The position numbers were made by a program, and so were the translations under genes. From Tubulanus polymorphus (taxonomy: Eukaryota > Animalia > Nemertea): a DNA stretch of 64,000 bases. The number at the start of each line of letters is the position of its first letter. The stretch's first letter is position 1. Below, in pieces: positions 36,401 to 48,785 of the stretch. The notes beneath the pieces were generated by a model. It was not told where the DNA came from, did not search any database, and saw only the letters and a program-made list of their open reading frames with translations. The stretch covers positions 22,006,345 to 22,070,344 of the forward strand of contig NC_134028.1 of the NCBI RefSeq assembly GCF_964204645.1, read 5' to 3'.

Positions 36401-39400
36401 CAATGGGGGAGAGACCAGAGAAGAACAATCGACCAAGAAACTCTGTCGCCACCAGGGTTTGCACCCATAAACCCTGGATTGACGAGACCAGTGACCGGCG
36501 GCTTAGACCACTCGGCCCCTGCGTCTCTTCTGATACTCGGGATACTCAGTGAGCGGAGATGGAACTACTATAAACTACTCTTCTAGATTTGAGCGATAAC
36601 AAAACTTCTGACCATTTTGAATTATGATAATCGTAAAAACGATATGAATACAGAAATTCAAGAGGAATATAGACGCACAAAGAACTACTTATAACCGAGT
36701 ATCGTCGTGAAAATATGCGCACGAAGGCTCGACTAGAACTAGCCGAGAGCGGCAGGCCACTTAAGTTTGCGTATATAAACAAATCGTAATAGATTCTGAC
36801 ACAAAAGTCACAGTCGTCGTATGCGTTATATGGCCAATTACCGGCATAACAAAAATATGCTTTTACGCCCGAGGATTTCTACGTGTTCCGATATACGAAC
36901 CGACCTTCAGTCGTGATCTGCGAATAATAACCGCGTCTTCTCTTACTTCCATTCGAGGTATACAGGATTAATGAAAAATGTAACGCACAGCCGAAGGCCG
37001 CCGCCGTCGTCGAATGATGAGATTCTGCGACAATCTAATCGTGAATGCCATACGTGCCACGTAGCATGTTAGGTGCGTGCGCTATTCTTAAAAACACCCT
37101 AACGCGGTGGCGGATAGGAATGGGAGCACTAGGAGCACATGTTCCTGTCGTAATTTTCCGATGCCCTTTTGAAAATATAATTGCAATATTTTTCAGGGCA
37201 CTAATTCCACATGCGACTAAAAAAAGCCGCCCGCAGCGCAATGTTCAGCTCATATTCTCTTAAACGACCCTCAAGTGAACAGAAATTGCAATGACCCTCA
37301 AGTGAATAGAAATTGCAATGACCCTCAAGTGAACAGAAATTGCAATGACCCTCAAGTGAATAGAAATTGCAATGACCCTCAAGTAAACAGAAATATCAAC
37401 GACCCTCAAGTGAACAGAAATTGCAATGACCTTCAAAAGTGAACAGAAATTGCAATGACCCTCAAGTGAACAGAAATTGCAATGACCTTCAAAAGTGAAC
37501 AGAAATTGCAATGACCCTCAAGTGAACAGAAATTGCATGAAAACGGACTAAAACTTTAAAATTTTCCAGGCTCCCGATTGGCTGCGTGCATAGTTAACTT
37601 GCCCTTTTCAAATTCAGTATATTTGCCCTTTTCATATCTCTGTCCTCCTGTCAAAGTCTGCACCTGGATCCCCCCCCCCATGTAACAAATCCTTCACTGG
37701 TATAAGCTTATGCTACAATGGAGCATCTGCCTTTCGAAAACTGATGATTTAGTTCACGTATTCTGATCATTTTGCATATCAACAGCAGAACTCTTCGTGT
37801 TACTGAGATCTGATCTATTGTACGACCAGCTTACAGTTTTCAGGGCCCGCCATTACAGTTGCGCCGAGATTGTTTACTGAAGTTTCTCAATATTGCGACG
37901 ATGACCGAAACGGATATCGAATTTCCGTATTCGTGGTTGTTTGATTGATTGAGGGATGATGTGTGCTGTGGTTGGGGGAGGGGTGTTATGGCGCTATTGT
38001 GTATTCTTGCAATCACGTGACGTAGCGATATTGGTTCCTCTTCGCAGACGTGATTCTCCATTGAAGTGACTTCTTTATCAAGGGGCTTCATAATAAAGAG
38101 TAAAATCCGACAACAAAAGAGTCCGAAACGTTTCCTAGAGCTGATGGCTTACTAAGCGTTTGAAATGCGTTCTAAAATAATCTTCAAGAGCCGGTTTTAT
38201 AGACTGGCATTAACTTTAACCCGGGTGTTAACTCAATTCATTATCAGTATAGAGTTAACCCCGGGGTGAAGTTGATACCAGTCTATATAACACCGGCCCC
38301 AGAAATAAGGATTATGACATTTTTAGGTACATCGAATAGGAATATTAATTTTACCTCAATGAAAAATATTGGACTCATTTTGGAATCGTGGGATCTTATA
38401 TTATCATTACAGAACAGAAGAGTGTTTCGTCAATGGTCACCCTTTTCATCCACCAGGGAGGCGAGGCTTTAGTTCAGTCTCTAACTCATCATATTCATAA
38501 CCATACAATACGTGTATATAAACCTAAGCGCATTTCACTAATCTGCAGAATATTTCGGCTGTTAGATGTAAATAGCATCAGCGATGTCGATGATGCAAGG
38601 AAATTGGACATCCGTCTTGATCACGTCAGAAAATTTGATGTTATGACGCGTCGCGAACGGCGTAATATGTCATGGCGTGCCAATACCGACATAAAACACA
38701 TAGTGATAACAACTGGCCCTATACGCGAAATGACATTTTTATTGTTGTTAAACAAAAGTCGAACTGAATGGTTCACGGCCGGCGGGCTGTGATTATTCTT
38801 AACATCGTGATCAACTCGTATCTGATGATAGCGTGCGTTATTTTTATTGAATATTCAAATAACCGCGCTTGAAATGGAGTAAAGACGTGGTTAACCGTGA
38901 TATTATGCAAGTCACTCGAATGCACTTTCGTATTATAATTGCGCGCCATCTCCCGTCATACCGAATAGGATTGGATTTGGAAAAAGGGAATAGAGGCTTA
39001 TGAACTGATTCCACCAAAATGACGACCGTCCGGGGATCTGAAAATCTTCGTAAGAGTAGGCCTTTTGCGTGGTCTCGTCGATCAAGGGGTTTATGGGATC
39101 GAATCCTGGTGTCAGCAATAGCTTCTCCGCATTCGTAGGTTCTTCTCGGCCTCTCATCGGACGCCATGAACCTGTCATACCCTGAGTGGTGTTCAGGGGT
39201 TGAGGAGAACTAGAAACCACGAACCCGCTATACCGTGAGTGGTGTTACAGGTTGAGGGGAACTAGAAACCATAAACCTGTTACACCCCGAGTAACGTTCA
39301 GGGGTTGAGGGGAACAAAAAACCTCGAACCTGTTACTAATAATTTGTTTGGGGCTTCGAGGTTTGAAAGATCTGAGAAAAACTAGACCTTCGATTTTATG

Positions 39401-42400
39401 TAGGCTCGATTGGACGAAAGAGCGCCGATAGACTCGATCTCTATTGGTGGCTCCTACAGGAATAAACGTCCTTTAACAAGCTACAGTTAAACATTATATA
39501 TAGAAAATCAGTATTGATTTGAAACATAAGCAATAATCAGCTATTCATAAGTACGATTTGCTGTTGTTGAAGCGTCCTTCTGCAGCCGTATAGTGGCGGG
39601 AACTCTGTCGGTCTGGTAAGTCTTACGGGTGTGTTGATAGCGGATCGAACGGAAGATAATTACATTCATGAGTTTAATCAAATTACGTTCAGTACACGCG
39701 TGCATTACAATCAATCAGTTCTTTTAATGATGCCATTAAAAATACCGAATAACTCGTAGGTGATTACCGCATTCGCTCGGTGAGTATCGATATTATGAAA
39801 TAACCCTCTCCACGGCAGCAGCTGAACGATGTCTTATTTTAAACAAGCGAGATTTAATACACGGTAAAACATTACAGCGGTTGATATCGTTTTGTTGACT
39901 GTGTGGAGGTATCTAAATTGAAAGCTATAAAGATCGTTTCATCAAATACCGCGGTGAAAACTAGGGCAGGTTTCGATTGAACGGTTAAAACGGTTTACAA
40001 CCCGGCCGCTTCTATCGGGTTTACAGATTTAGCTATCTACATCCTCCCCCGGCAGGGATTCGAACCTGACGGCATCGAGATTGCCACGGTACGAAACCCT
40101 GCCACACTAGACCGAGTGCACGGCTACACGCGCAGCTTAGATGATGTCATTACTCCAATGAGAAATCCCGTTTTATTTAGCTCGAGTTTTCCCATTTATA
40201 GTTTTTCCGTGAAATTTACCTCAGCGATTATGCAACGAGCAATCTGATTGGTGCCGCAAGTTTTCATGCGGCAAAAGCTGCGCACGTACGTTCGCACCCG
40301 GTCTACTGTGGCAGGGGTTTGTGCCGTGGCCGATTGTAGCAATGCCATCAGGTTCGAATCCTTGCCGAGGTAGGATGCGCTATCTCCGACTAAAGGTAGA
40401 GCTTGGAGTTATCAGTCTGATTACTCCAGGGGAAGAATGGATAGAGCGTATTCTCGTCTAAACGAACGCGCCAGAAGTAAATTCCAGGATCGGTAGGGAC
40501 CAATCGAAACCTGCCATAAGCTTCCCATTTCCTTACGATGTCGATTTCTATTCCCTGGTATGGTCGAGGTTACATCGTCATCTAATGGGTTTGATAATTG
40601 AAATGTTATGTAACAATTATACCTCATCAAGTTATGCAAAGTTTGGGATTGAAAGTTATTTTTTTGTTGTTAATATTTCGATACTGGGTGCGCTTAGCTT
40701 ATTGCTGTTTTTTCTTACTAGAATGTCATATCTCGCTAGTAGTTTGTTCAACGTAAGATGACTATATAAACTACTAGCTTCATTTACATTTTCGGACTGT
40801 TTTTTTTTCCTTATTATTGTCGGATCCTCTCATATCTGGTGTTTCGATCCAATATATGACTAGAAATATGCCTAGTTGTTGAATATTGCTTTCGATGAAT
40901 TTTGGATACCGGCAAGGCTACTGAGAGAAGTGAGTATACGGTGACACTCCGCCAGGATCGCTAGTGGCACTGGGTAACCGCGCTTCAATTTCTTCAACCT
41001 TTCAATTGGATTCAATTGGAGTCAACTTTTCTTATTTGTAAATCATTTTTCAGTGAAATCAATACAATACACTGCGAGAGAAAGGGAATCTATTCGATGA
41101 CTCCTTTGATAATTTTCGGATTTGGAAGCCAAGTTCAAATTTCACTAATAATCAATCTTTACTACGAATAACCCAGTGTTTTGTTTCTAGACTGGTATTA
41201 CTCAACTCATTTTCAATTGAGTTAGCCCTCGGGTTAAAGATAAAACCACAGTCTACAAAACCGGCCCCGGTGTTTTGGTGCATCTACCGATTGGTAACCT
41301 CCCCAGCTACCCCCAAAACCCTGGGCTCCTGGTCTATCTTACCTTGAACTCTTTTTCTACCTCAGACAATTTCATCATTTCCTGCCGCAAACCGAAGGTG
41401 GTCATGATCGGATCTGGGCTGGACAGGGCCATGTACGCCGGGCTAGCCAGCGCCCGGTACGCGTTCAGACGAGATCGCGATCGCTTCAGCGAATCGTAGT
41501 TCTGTTTGGTCACGCAATCGGTACAGTCACAGGAAATAACGTGCGGTTTTTCGATCGTGTGACTTCGGGATAGAAACATTTGAACGATCTCATGATTGTT
41601 ATAATGCGCTGCTAGGATCAGTGGCGTAATGTCGGGTGAAAATTGGCTCTTTTCCTCCGTGCGGAAAAACGCATCCTTCACGCCGACCTTTTTGAACTTA
41701 TCCTCCCCAGCAATGTAGGACGGGTGTTCGGTGATCACTTTGACGATTTTTGTACATCCTTTACTGATCGCGTGGAGCAAAGCTTCCTCGATGCAGTCGA
41801 AATTCAACTTATCGAGCAACAATTCGATAATTTCCATATCTTCGCAGTCGACCGCCAGGTGGAGCGCATTTCGACCCATGTAATCCACGCAATTGACGTT
41901 AAGCCCACTTTCGCTCTCCTCCAGCGATTGACGGACGACTCCGGCGTCGCCGAGGGCCGCAGCATTGAGGTACACCCTCTCTTCATCTGTAAGCTGTTGA
42001 AAACAAAGAAAAAGAAGTACTAACATCTTAATCTGCACTTTCGAGACGGGAATCTGTATTAGTGGCAGTCTGGTGGTGGTAGCACTTATGTTAATGAAAA
42101 GGAAGAATTTTCACATTTTAAGGAGCTTATCAAAGAATGAGCTTTAACACTAGCGACTAAGGAAACGGTTTCTGGTTTCCATAGTCAAGTGACATCATAG
42201 TAAAGTGACGCCTGATATCAATAAAGTAAAAAGCCAAAATGTCTGAAACAATTCTATGAGGTATTTTGGTGAAAATGGCTTATAGATTTGAGTCGTAACG
42301 TCAGATTCTCTTATCGTTTTTTCGTTTTATTTCGGCTTTTTGTTTTATGAAGAATAATATGTTTGAGATTCTTGTAACGAAAACTCGTTTAACTGCAAAC

Positions 42401-45262
42401 TTTTTGTAATTTGCCACGAGTTCAGTGAAAACTGGTACGTAGGTCGAGCTTTGACGTCACACGGCCTCATGCGAGCTGTAATTTCATACTGTTTTCATAT
42501 AGTTACAGAACAAAATAGAAGGCGGAATGTTTGAAAACATTCATCGAGTCGTTAAATGCGGGTAAACTATAGCCTACGTATGAATATTTCAATAATCTAG
42601 TTTACACCCGAAACGTCATTTGAACGATGCCCGAAAACTAGAACCATCACTAAACCACCTATGAAGAAAATATCAGAAGAAAGTTTCATCGGTTTAAGGT
42701 GACCTTAAACCGATGAAACTTTCTTCTGATGTTTTCTTCATGGGCTATGTTCCTTTCTATATATCCTTTCTATGATTTTATTGTCGATATAGCGAAAGGC
42801 GCTCGTGAGTGTGTGGCCCAATATTTAATTACTAAAACTATCGCCAATTAAAGAAAACTCCGCGTTGTTTTATTAATCGAACTGTAACTTGCGTTTTATT
42901 CATATTTACACTTTTCTATTACGACGTGCCAGTATCATTTCCTCGGTATACTCTGCACCGGTCGCGTTCTGTGTACCGTGAAATTGAACAAAGACTTATA
43001 TTCGTCGCTATACCGACTGCGTTTATCCGCAACTGGCCATTTCAAACTGATAAGGAAAATACTGAATCGGTGATAATTTAGTCGGGTATGGTTTCGTCTC
43101 GAGAGTTTTCATTTTGTAGCTTATAATGTGAAGGTTTTAATTTTCATTTATCCCGTCCACATATTTGATATGGCCGATGGGTAAAACAAGCAAAAAATTG
43201 GCTGGCATACTCAGTAAGTTTTTTACATTCATATCTCATATAAGAATAATTTGTTACAATCAAAATACAGGATAAATGATATCAAAACCATACAAGTAGG
43301 AATTGTTACATGTAGTAACAAATATGTTATGTTTATCCTTTCTTCACTTTAATATTGAATCGTCCTTGAGTCAAAAAATAAACGACTTTAACTATAACGT
43401 TTATTTCAGGATTTCGACTTAATTGACTTGGTCGCATTCGAAGCCACGAGTGGACATTCTCATCGAGCCGAATTCAATATGCCGAAATCACAGTTATCAT
43501 CTAGCTTATAAGTTGGGCGTAGGTCGGTCTTACGCGATACGATTGGTTGCAACTGCGGTCGCAAAATGGGCGCATAGGTCAACACTGCGCGACACACAGC
43601 GCGACTAGCCTGAGTCAGGACTGCAGCTCATTTTCAGTTTTGTTTATTACTCCACAAGTTTAAAATGAACATTGCACCGAAGCACAAAGATTACAATAAA
43701 GCGGAATGACAGCTTAATGATTTGACACCTTTTTTGATGAAATATCATCAGATTGAGCAAAGTTTGTTCTCCCGAGCAGAAAATATTATGTTTCGGTTAT
43801 TTTCAGTGATTTTCACCAAAAGTATTAAGGTGTGAATTTGCTTCTCACGTTTTGAAAAAGGGACATTATATTAACTAAAAAAATGAAATTCGTCAGCCAA
43901 ATTAGATTTTTGACAAATTCTATGGTTTCGCTCGATATGGCGATATCTATCAGTTTCAATAGGGCAACTTATGGTTCGAGCATCTGGTAATTTGGTCAGA
44001 AGCTCTTGAAGACAACGGTTTTCCCAATCGTAATCGGCTATGTTAATGACAATCGCGTCGTAGGCGATCCAACCGACCATTTGCGACCATTCCAACCGAT
44101 CGCGCGTCACGTCGCAAGTCGACCTATACGCACGGCTTTATACCGCATTTAATACGCATTCCATTTGTCCAGCATCGGATACTAATTGTAGCGCCGGAAC
44201 AAAAAGCGGCAAAACTCTTTTTTTTTCTAGTTCGGAGTGAATCCCATTAGGTGAAATCAGATTGTCGCCGCCAACATCAAGGGAAAAAACCTCATTTTCT
44301 TGCGCCTTTAATCAACAAATGTCATTGATTAGCCCGGTCGTCCTGAGGGACCGTCTCTAACATCTAACCCAGAGGCGTTCCACCGCGGCGGATCGAAACT
44401 CGGAGTTAACATACAACCCCGATTGATTTTACGAGGTGAATTTCGTACGGCGAATATCGAGAGTTAACGACACTGGAAAAAATAACGATTTGGGTTTTTT
44501 TTAACTCAAAAAATCAACTTAATGCGAAAAGGAAATTACTTTAGAACGAAGGCTCTGAGTGGCAATCAAACAGCACGGTTATACATGCGAAATAGTAATA
44601 TTTCTGCGTTCGGAAATTTGAGTGATCTCTTTTCCGATTCGCTACGTATATTATGGGTTCCAATATTTTCTGGTTTTGAATTTACGACTAATCAAGATGG
44701 CGGTGTAGCTCGGCGTAGCTCGGCGAATACGACCAATGAGACCAGGGGTAGGTTCTATGGTCATGGCTTAGACTCAAGACCAGTTTAAGACCGAGTTAGT
44801 TCTGAAGTCGATCTAGAAATTTAAGACCATGCAGTCATAAGATTCAAGACCACTCCGGTACTTAATTATTACGGAATTAGCCCCAGATGGCATACTTAAT
44901 CATTATTCAAAGACTGACCCTGAACCTACCCAACCGATTTTACAACAATTTGTATGATTGACTCATCCTACCTCCTATTGTCATTCAATTCGTGAATAAA
45001 CAATATTATTATTAATATATAGTTATTACCATGCGCATAAACTTCTGGACCCTCTGGACTCTAAAACCTAGAGACCACACCCTAATGCGGTTCAAAAGGC
45101 CACCATTTTCATTTTCCGGTACTACATACGTTTGCTCGAAAACATTACGCAAATTGCCTACGAATAAACTGTAACGGAAGCGGAAGTGCTCACCTGTACA
45201 TCTTCAAAGTTAGTGAAGAGACACCCACGTGACGAAGGCGGTGTTTTCCTGAGGTCGCTCAT
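25531..45262 (-). CDS. TRPC: Canonical TRP channel (TRPC; motifs closest to TRPC3/6/7 type), 14 coding exons, about 1054 aa
   Basis: Manually spliced exons (5' to 3'): 45262-45194, 41993-41343, 34818-34642, 33054-32887, 31982-31721, 31289-31008, 30431-30247, 29696-29575, 29490-29408, 29128-28932, 28203-27997, 27426-27303, 26901-26761, 26027-25531; all GT-AG with consistent phases, 3165 nt. Ankyrin repeats, FVAHPNCQQ, LGPLQIS, pore LFWSMFG, S6 LVNMLIAMM, TRP box EWKFAR, TLPAPFN. Confidence 0.93.
26040..26480. repeat. Degenerate (ATCAAT/ACCAAT)n microsatellite in the last TRPC intron
   Basis: Directly visible hexamer-based array. Confidence 0.95.
27149..27193 (-). ncRNA. Minimal hammerhead motif within an inverted pair (TRPC intron, sense)
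   Basis: cau-CUGAUGA-a-acuacua(ugaac)uaguaau-GAAA-GCUC|gug; AGCU palindrome; degenerate mirror copy 27197-27243. Confidence 0.55.
27997..28203 (-). CDS. TRPC: TRPC exon (TRP box)
   Basis: [37 protein letters not shown]. Confidence 0.95.
28932..29696 (-). CDS. TRPC: TRPC S5-pore-S6 exons (29696-29575, 29490-29408, 29128-28932)
   Basis: VLFAFMVGLHNLYWYY; LYSLFWSMFG; VGMFLFAIYHVIITIVLVNMLIAMMSHSFEDIQ. Confidence 0.92.
30247..30431 (-). CDS. TRPC: TRPC exon (S4-S5)
   Basis: RFTWKANDPEIISDILFAVANVFSFAR...LGPLQISFARMIGDITRF. Confidence 0.92.
31008..31289 (-). CDS. TRPC: TRPC exon (S2-S3)
   Basis: LLWSECKQIYSSGVRDYVYDYYNFMDF... Confidence 0.9.
31721..31982 (-). CDS. TRPC: TRPC exon (S1-S2)
   Basis: LGSWMRCPVTKFITHTISHLCFLVLL...IMFWILG. 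Confidence 0.9.
32151..32465 (+). mobile_element. Non-autonomous DNA transposon-like element; inverted copy at about 37103-37682
   Basis: Ends catgggcggatccag / ctccgcccctg; internal cagactttgacaggag and ttttcaaaagggca match the reverse complement of 37103-37682. Confidence 0.6.
32887..33054 (-). CDS. TRPC: TRPC exon (pre-S1)
   Basis: FVAHPNCQQHLTNIWYG...YLFAPNSK; phase 0/0. Confidence 0.92.
34191..34300. mobile_element. MITE family B (also 38188-38300, 41172-41268)
   Basis: Palindromic ggccggtt.tatagactgg..ttaacccgggg / ccccggg..ccagtctat..ggcccc. Confidence 0.7.
34642..34818 (-). CDS. TRPC: TRPC exon
   Basis: KEYLTLVEECMNFACEMMDLCR...RLKMAIRYEEKK; phase 0/0. Confidence 0.92.
35597..35810. 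repeat. About 48-bp minisatellite, about 4 units in alternating A/B form
   Basis: gtgatcgcc..gatcacctctatacagc units at 35608, 35657, 35705, 35754. Confidence 0.85.
36290..36530 (-). mobile_element. tRNA-derived SINE remnant (related fragment on + near 39050-39150)
   Basis: A-box-like ggccgagtggtctaag, degenerate B box gggtgcaaaccc; shared ggtctcgtc.atc.agggtttatggg. Confidence 0.55.
37265..37537. repeat. 27-bp tandem repeat, about 10 copies
   Basis: (atgaccctcaagtgaacagaaattgca)n, no spacers. Confidence 0.95.
38188..38300. mobile_element. MITE family B copy
   Basis: gccggttttatagactgg...ccagtctatataacaccggcccc. Confidence 0.7.
39167..39335. repeat. About 53-bp minisatellite, about 3 copies
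   Basis: gaacctgt.atacc.tgagtggtgttcaggggttgagg.gaactagaaacca. Confidence 0.85.
40040..40377. mobile_element. Foldback element with tRNA-like inverted ends, copy 1 (nested in MITE 39964-40516)
   Basis: catcctcccccggcagggattcgaacctga...tcaggttcgaatccttgccgaggtaggatg; gctatct repeated on both flanks. Confidence 0.8.
41343..41993 (-). CDS. TRPC: TRPC ankyrin-repeat exon
   Basis: LTDEERVYLNAA...NCVDYMGRNALHLAV...FSPDITPLILAAH...CDCTDC...SRSRLNAYRALASP. Confidence 0.95.
42661..42741. repeat. Near-perfect 40-bp-arm palindrome
   Basis: atgaagaaaatatcagaagaaagtttcatcggtttaaggt-g-accttaaaccgatgaaactttcttctgatgttttcttcat. Confidence 0.9.
44745..44884. mobile_element. MITE family A copy
   Basis: Reverse-oriented copy flanked by CAG...CAG. 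Confidence 0.6.
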
Positions 45263-45287
45263 ACTGTACTGCGACCCTTGTACAAAC
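45194..45287 (-). CDS. TRPC: TRPC exon containing the probable start codon (ATG 45262, MSDLRKTPP...EDVQ)
   Basis: Acceptor ttttgtag at 45288, donor GTGAG at 45193; phase 0 joins LTDEERVY. An upstream exon must exist. Confidence 0.75.
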
Positions 45288-47180
45288 CTACAAAATACAA
45301 ACAGTGAAAAACGTTATAACTCATACTTCGCGTCGTGACGCAGTCAATCGAGCAGATCAATGAAATTAACGAGTTGTTTATTTTTAAAATTCTATACGAA
45401 AATGCCAATAAATGGATTTTAAAATATTCGCCGCGTCGCCGGAGTTCGAGAAAATCTTTAATACCAACACAACGGCGATAAAGATTAGTTCGGGGGTTGG
45501 GCAGATTCGTCGAGCGAGATGTCGTTATATTTACCGAGAGGCGCCGAGGATTTTACTGGTAATCAGCGGCGAACACGAGGAATAGGACGAGATACCTGCG
45601 CGGGAGAGAGAGCGACCGGTTTACTATCGACCGACTTCAAACATCTGCGCGTAATGCGATTAAATAGAGTCATACCGCAATGAAAACCAATCAATTAAAC
45701 GAAGATTATTACGCGCTCGGGGGTGATTTGTCTTTGAACCCATCCTAGCATCGAAAACACAGGACAACACGCCACCGAAAATATGATTAATACGTCCTTG
45801 CATCATCGGTGCCTAATACCAGTGAATATCCGTTCCTATCGCGCCTGTCGATTTGCTCCCGTTTCCGGACGCCAGTTGCCTGCCTCCTTGTGAATTTCAT
45901 AATTAAACGCGATTAATTTTCATAAATGTCATCTTACAAATGTCGATAGATCCATGGATTACCGAATTTGCTTTGAATATATGAAATTAAAGTAATTCTT
46001 CTCAAGCCGTTCTCATGAAAATTGTCCTTTTAAGTTGCGAATGTATATTGCAATATGTACAGATTAGTGGGTCTAATGGGAATACAATTTCATTTGCAAT
46101 CTATTCGAAATGCTTCTCGCGAATTTGATAAATCCATCAAATTTCCATATTTGTATTAAGGGATTAGTATACCACGGATTTCAATAGACATCCCCTGCCG
46201 CATCAGAATGGGGTACCCGCACTGCGGCAATCGAAGATTCCGCCTATGGCAGGCGAGGATCCTCTAGGTTCGTTAGTGGTTACTCGGTTACAGCGCTTTA
46301 ATTTCTTCTACATTTCAATTATATTCGAATCAACTTTTCTCAGTGGTATATCAATTTCCAGTAAAACTACACCATACACTCATAGGGAAATCAACCTGTC
46401 ATCTGATGACTTGTTTGACAACATTTTCAATTTGGGAGCCTTAAATTCCAGTTCAAAGTTCATCGAAAATGAACTAATTTTCACTACGTATATTACTGAG
46501 TGTATTATTACGCTAGCTGGTGTGTGCCGGTGCCCTATTGAATCACTCGAACCCGAGGTTCACAGTCCAAAGTAAACAGAACAGTATGAATTAAATAGAT
46601 TTACAGTCATAGAATTCGTTTGCGATGAGCGTAAAATCTGAAAGGAATATCAATTCTGGAAATGGCAAAAATGTCAAGGCCAACATTTTGATTTTAACAG
46701 TTTATGTTGACAGCGATGAAATATTTCGACTGCGTCACGCAAGTCTTCTTCGGGTGTGACACGTCAGCCGAAACTTACCGTCGCCGTAGAAATTAACTGT
46801 TAAATCAAAATGATGGCCTTGGCTTTTTTACTATGTCTCAAATATACTTGTTAATTAAGTCTTTCACTCTTTTATTGAATTCTTGGCATACAAACTCTCT
46901 ACCGGCCGCTTCTATCAGGTTTACAGACTTTGGTATTCCGGAATAGGTTGAGCGCGATGTTGGTCGTAACGAACGAGTAATCCGGAATCAGTAGAGACGA
47001 ATCGAAACCTGCCTTAAACACGCGTTGAATTCATGATGGCATAATCAAACAGTTTTGGCAAAACAACGAAACCTTATTGACTTCAAAGCAAAGGAAAGAA
47101 ACCTTGAAGATAATTACACGTAAATATATCACAACGAATTATTGTATATGCTAGACATAGAAAACTGAGAGAAAACTTCT

Positions 47181-47270
47181 GGATCCAGCTCCACAGTTGT
47201 GAGTTAGAGTTAACCTGAGTTAAGACAGTTATTTTTCAATGTTTTAACTCGGAACTGTGGAACTGGGTCC
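47181..47270. mobile_element. MITE family C (also 51029-51142)
   Basis: TIR gga(t/c)ccagttccacagtt; CTG on both sides. Confidence 0.7.
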
Positions 47271-48730
47271 TGAGTGACGAGATCAGTTTGATACCGGTCG
47301 TTGTACACGCGGCAGTTAATACGAGAAATCTCGCCGCGAAAAGACCGCACAATACACAAAAACAAGACGTTTTCAGTTTAGTCAGAATAAACAGAATTTC
47401 CCCGCGAATAAACATTTGCAAAACGTTTCATTTCAGCGTGAAACTCGGGTGGTTCGCTACGCGCTGTGGCGAGGAGTCGACTGACTGTGCCGTCCGCCGC
47501 TACTGCTGCGGCCGCTATCAAACTATATCATTGTACTTCTCGCATAACGTATATCTATCGTAATCTGTCCGAACATATTATCCCGGTTTCATATTTGTGA
47601 ATGCTGGAAACGAATTAAATTTCTTAAATTCCATTTACCCGATTGAGTGCTCCAGCTGTTATATCTCCGTAGTTGCGATGAACTGATGTAATGATGGCCA
47701 CAAAGCACAATGACGATTTCGGGTTCAATCCCGACTTAATTTATTGTTGTCGGAATTTATGGCTCGTGGATGGCGGCACAGTTTAGCCATTTTCTACTTT
47801 GCCAATCGTGATTTTCCATATATTACCAGAAATCAGATTCGAAGGTAGATTAAACGAATTTTCAGACCTACGACGACAGGAGGATTTTGCCATAAAACCA
47901 CGTGGCATTTCAGTCGCAATCAGAATAAAAAGGTCGTAGAGAGAGCGTGTAAAACCTGGCGTCTAATCAGTAAACGTTGGAACAGGTAGCACTGCGTAAG
48001 TTAACTGATTAAGAAGTGAAGATACGAGCTTTCGCTACCGGCGTACCACATCGTCGCTTCATCCCGGAAAATGAGTCAGAACGAATTAGTAATCGAGCCC
48101 CTCGCGCCCACCCTGCTTCAGTCGAGAACGTAGTGAAGCGAGATCGTATTCGAACAGATTTCAGAATATGTGAATATGTGAAATATCACCTTCGATTCGA
48201 TGATTCGTCGAATTGGGGAAGTTAACATCGCTACGAAGTTACCTGTACCCCGTTTTAAGCCCCAGGGAACGCAATATCGCGTGGCATCGTAGAATAAATG
48301 AATAAACGCTCGAAGATTGTTAGTATCGTTGTCCCTATACAGTCAAACCTGATATACCACATATGACGCTATTTTGGGGGCTAACTGAGTGATTCCAAGA
48401 GCAGGCCGGGATATCGGGGATTTAGGCCTACGCCCCTACGAATGAGACTCTGCACGTCTTCGGGGTGAACTATTTTTCCCCTGTAAGTAAAGTTTACTAG
48501 GTCGCGAACTCGGTACCGAGGGCCTCGTCTTCTTAAAACTCGCCTCATCGTAATTGGTTAATTTCATTATCTGGCATGTCCCCGCGGTTCTAATGCGTTT
48601 AAACGCGTTGAAATGCGGAAAAAGGTGATTCCGTTGAGCGACGACGCCGGGATATTTGATATGAGTGATATCAGGATAAAAGGTTCAATATAGCATCGCA
48701 CGCAAATTGGATTGGTCGACGACCTCCGAG

Positions 48731-48785
48731 TAGAGAGAGAGAGAGAGAGAGAGCGGGAGAGAGAGATAGATAGAGAAAGAGAGCG
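48731..48785. repeat. (GA)n microsatellite
   Basis: Directly visible. Confidence 0.9.

Noticed and set aside
37265-37537. CRISPR-like regular repeats (also 35.6, 39.2 and 63.0 kb)
   Set aside because: Contiguous units without unique spacers, no cas genes, eukaryotic context.
40040-40130. Possible tRNA genes (GGTTCGAATCC here and at 57165, 61012; GGTTCGAGTCC at 31350)
   Set aside because: No convincing cloverleaf or acceptor stem; they are parts of repeats.
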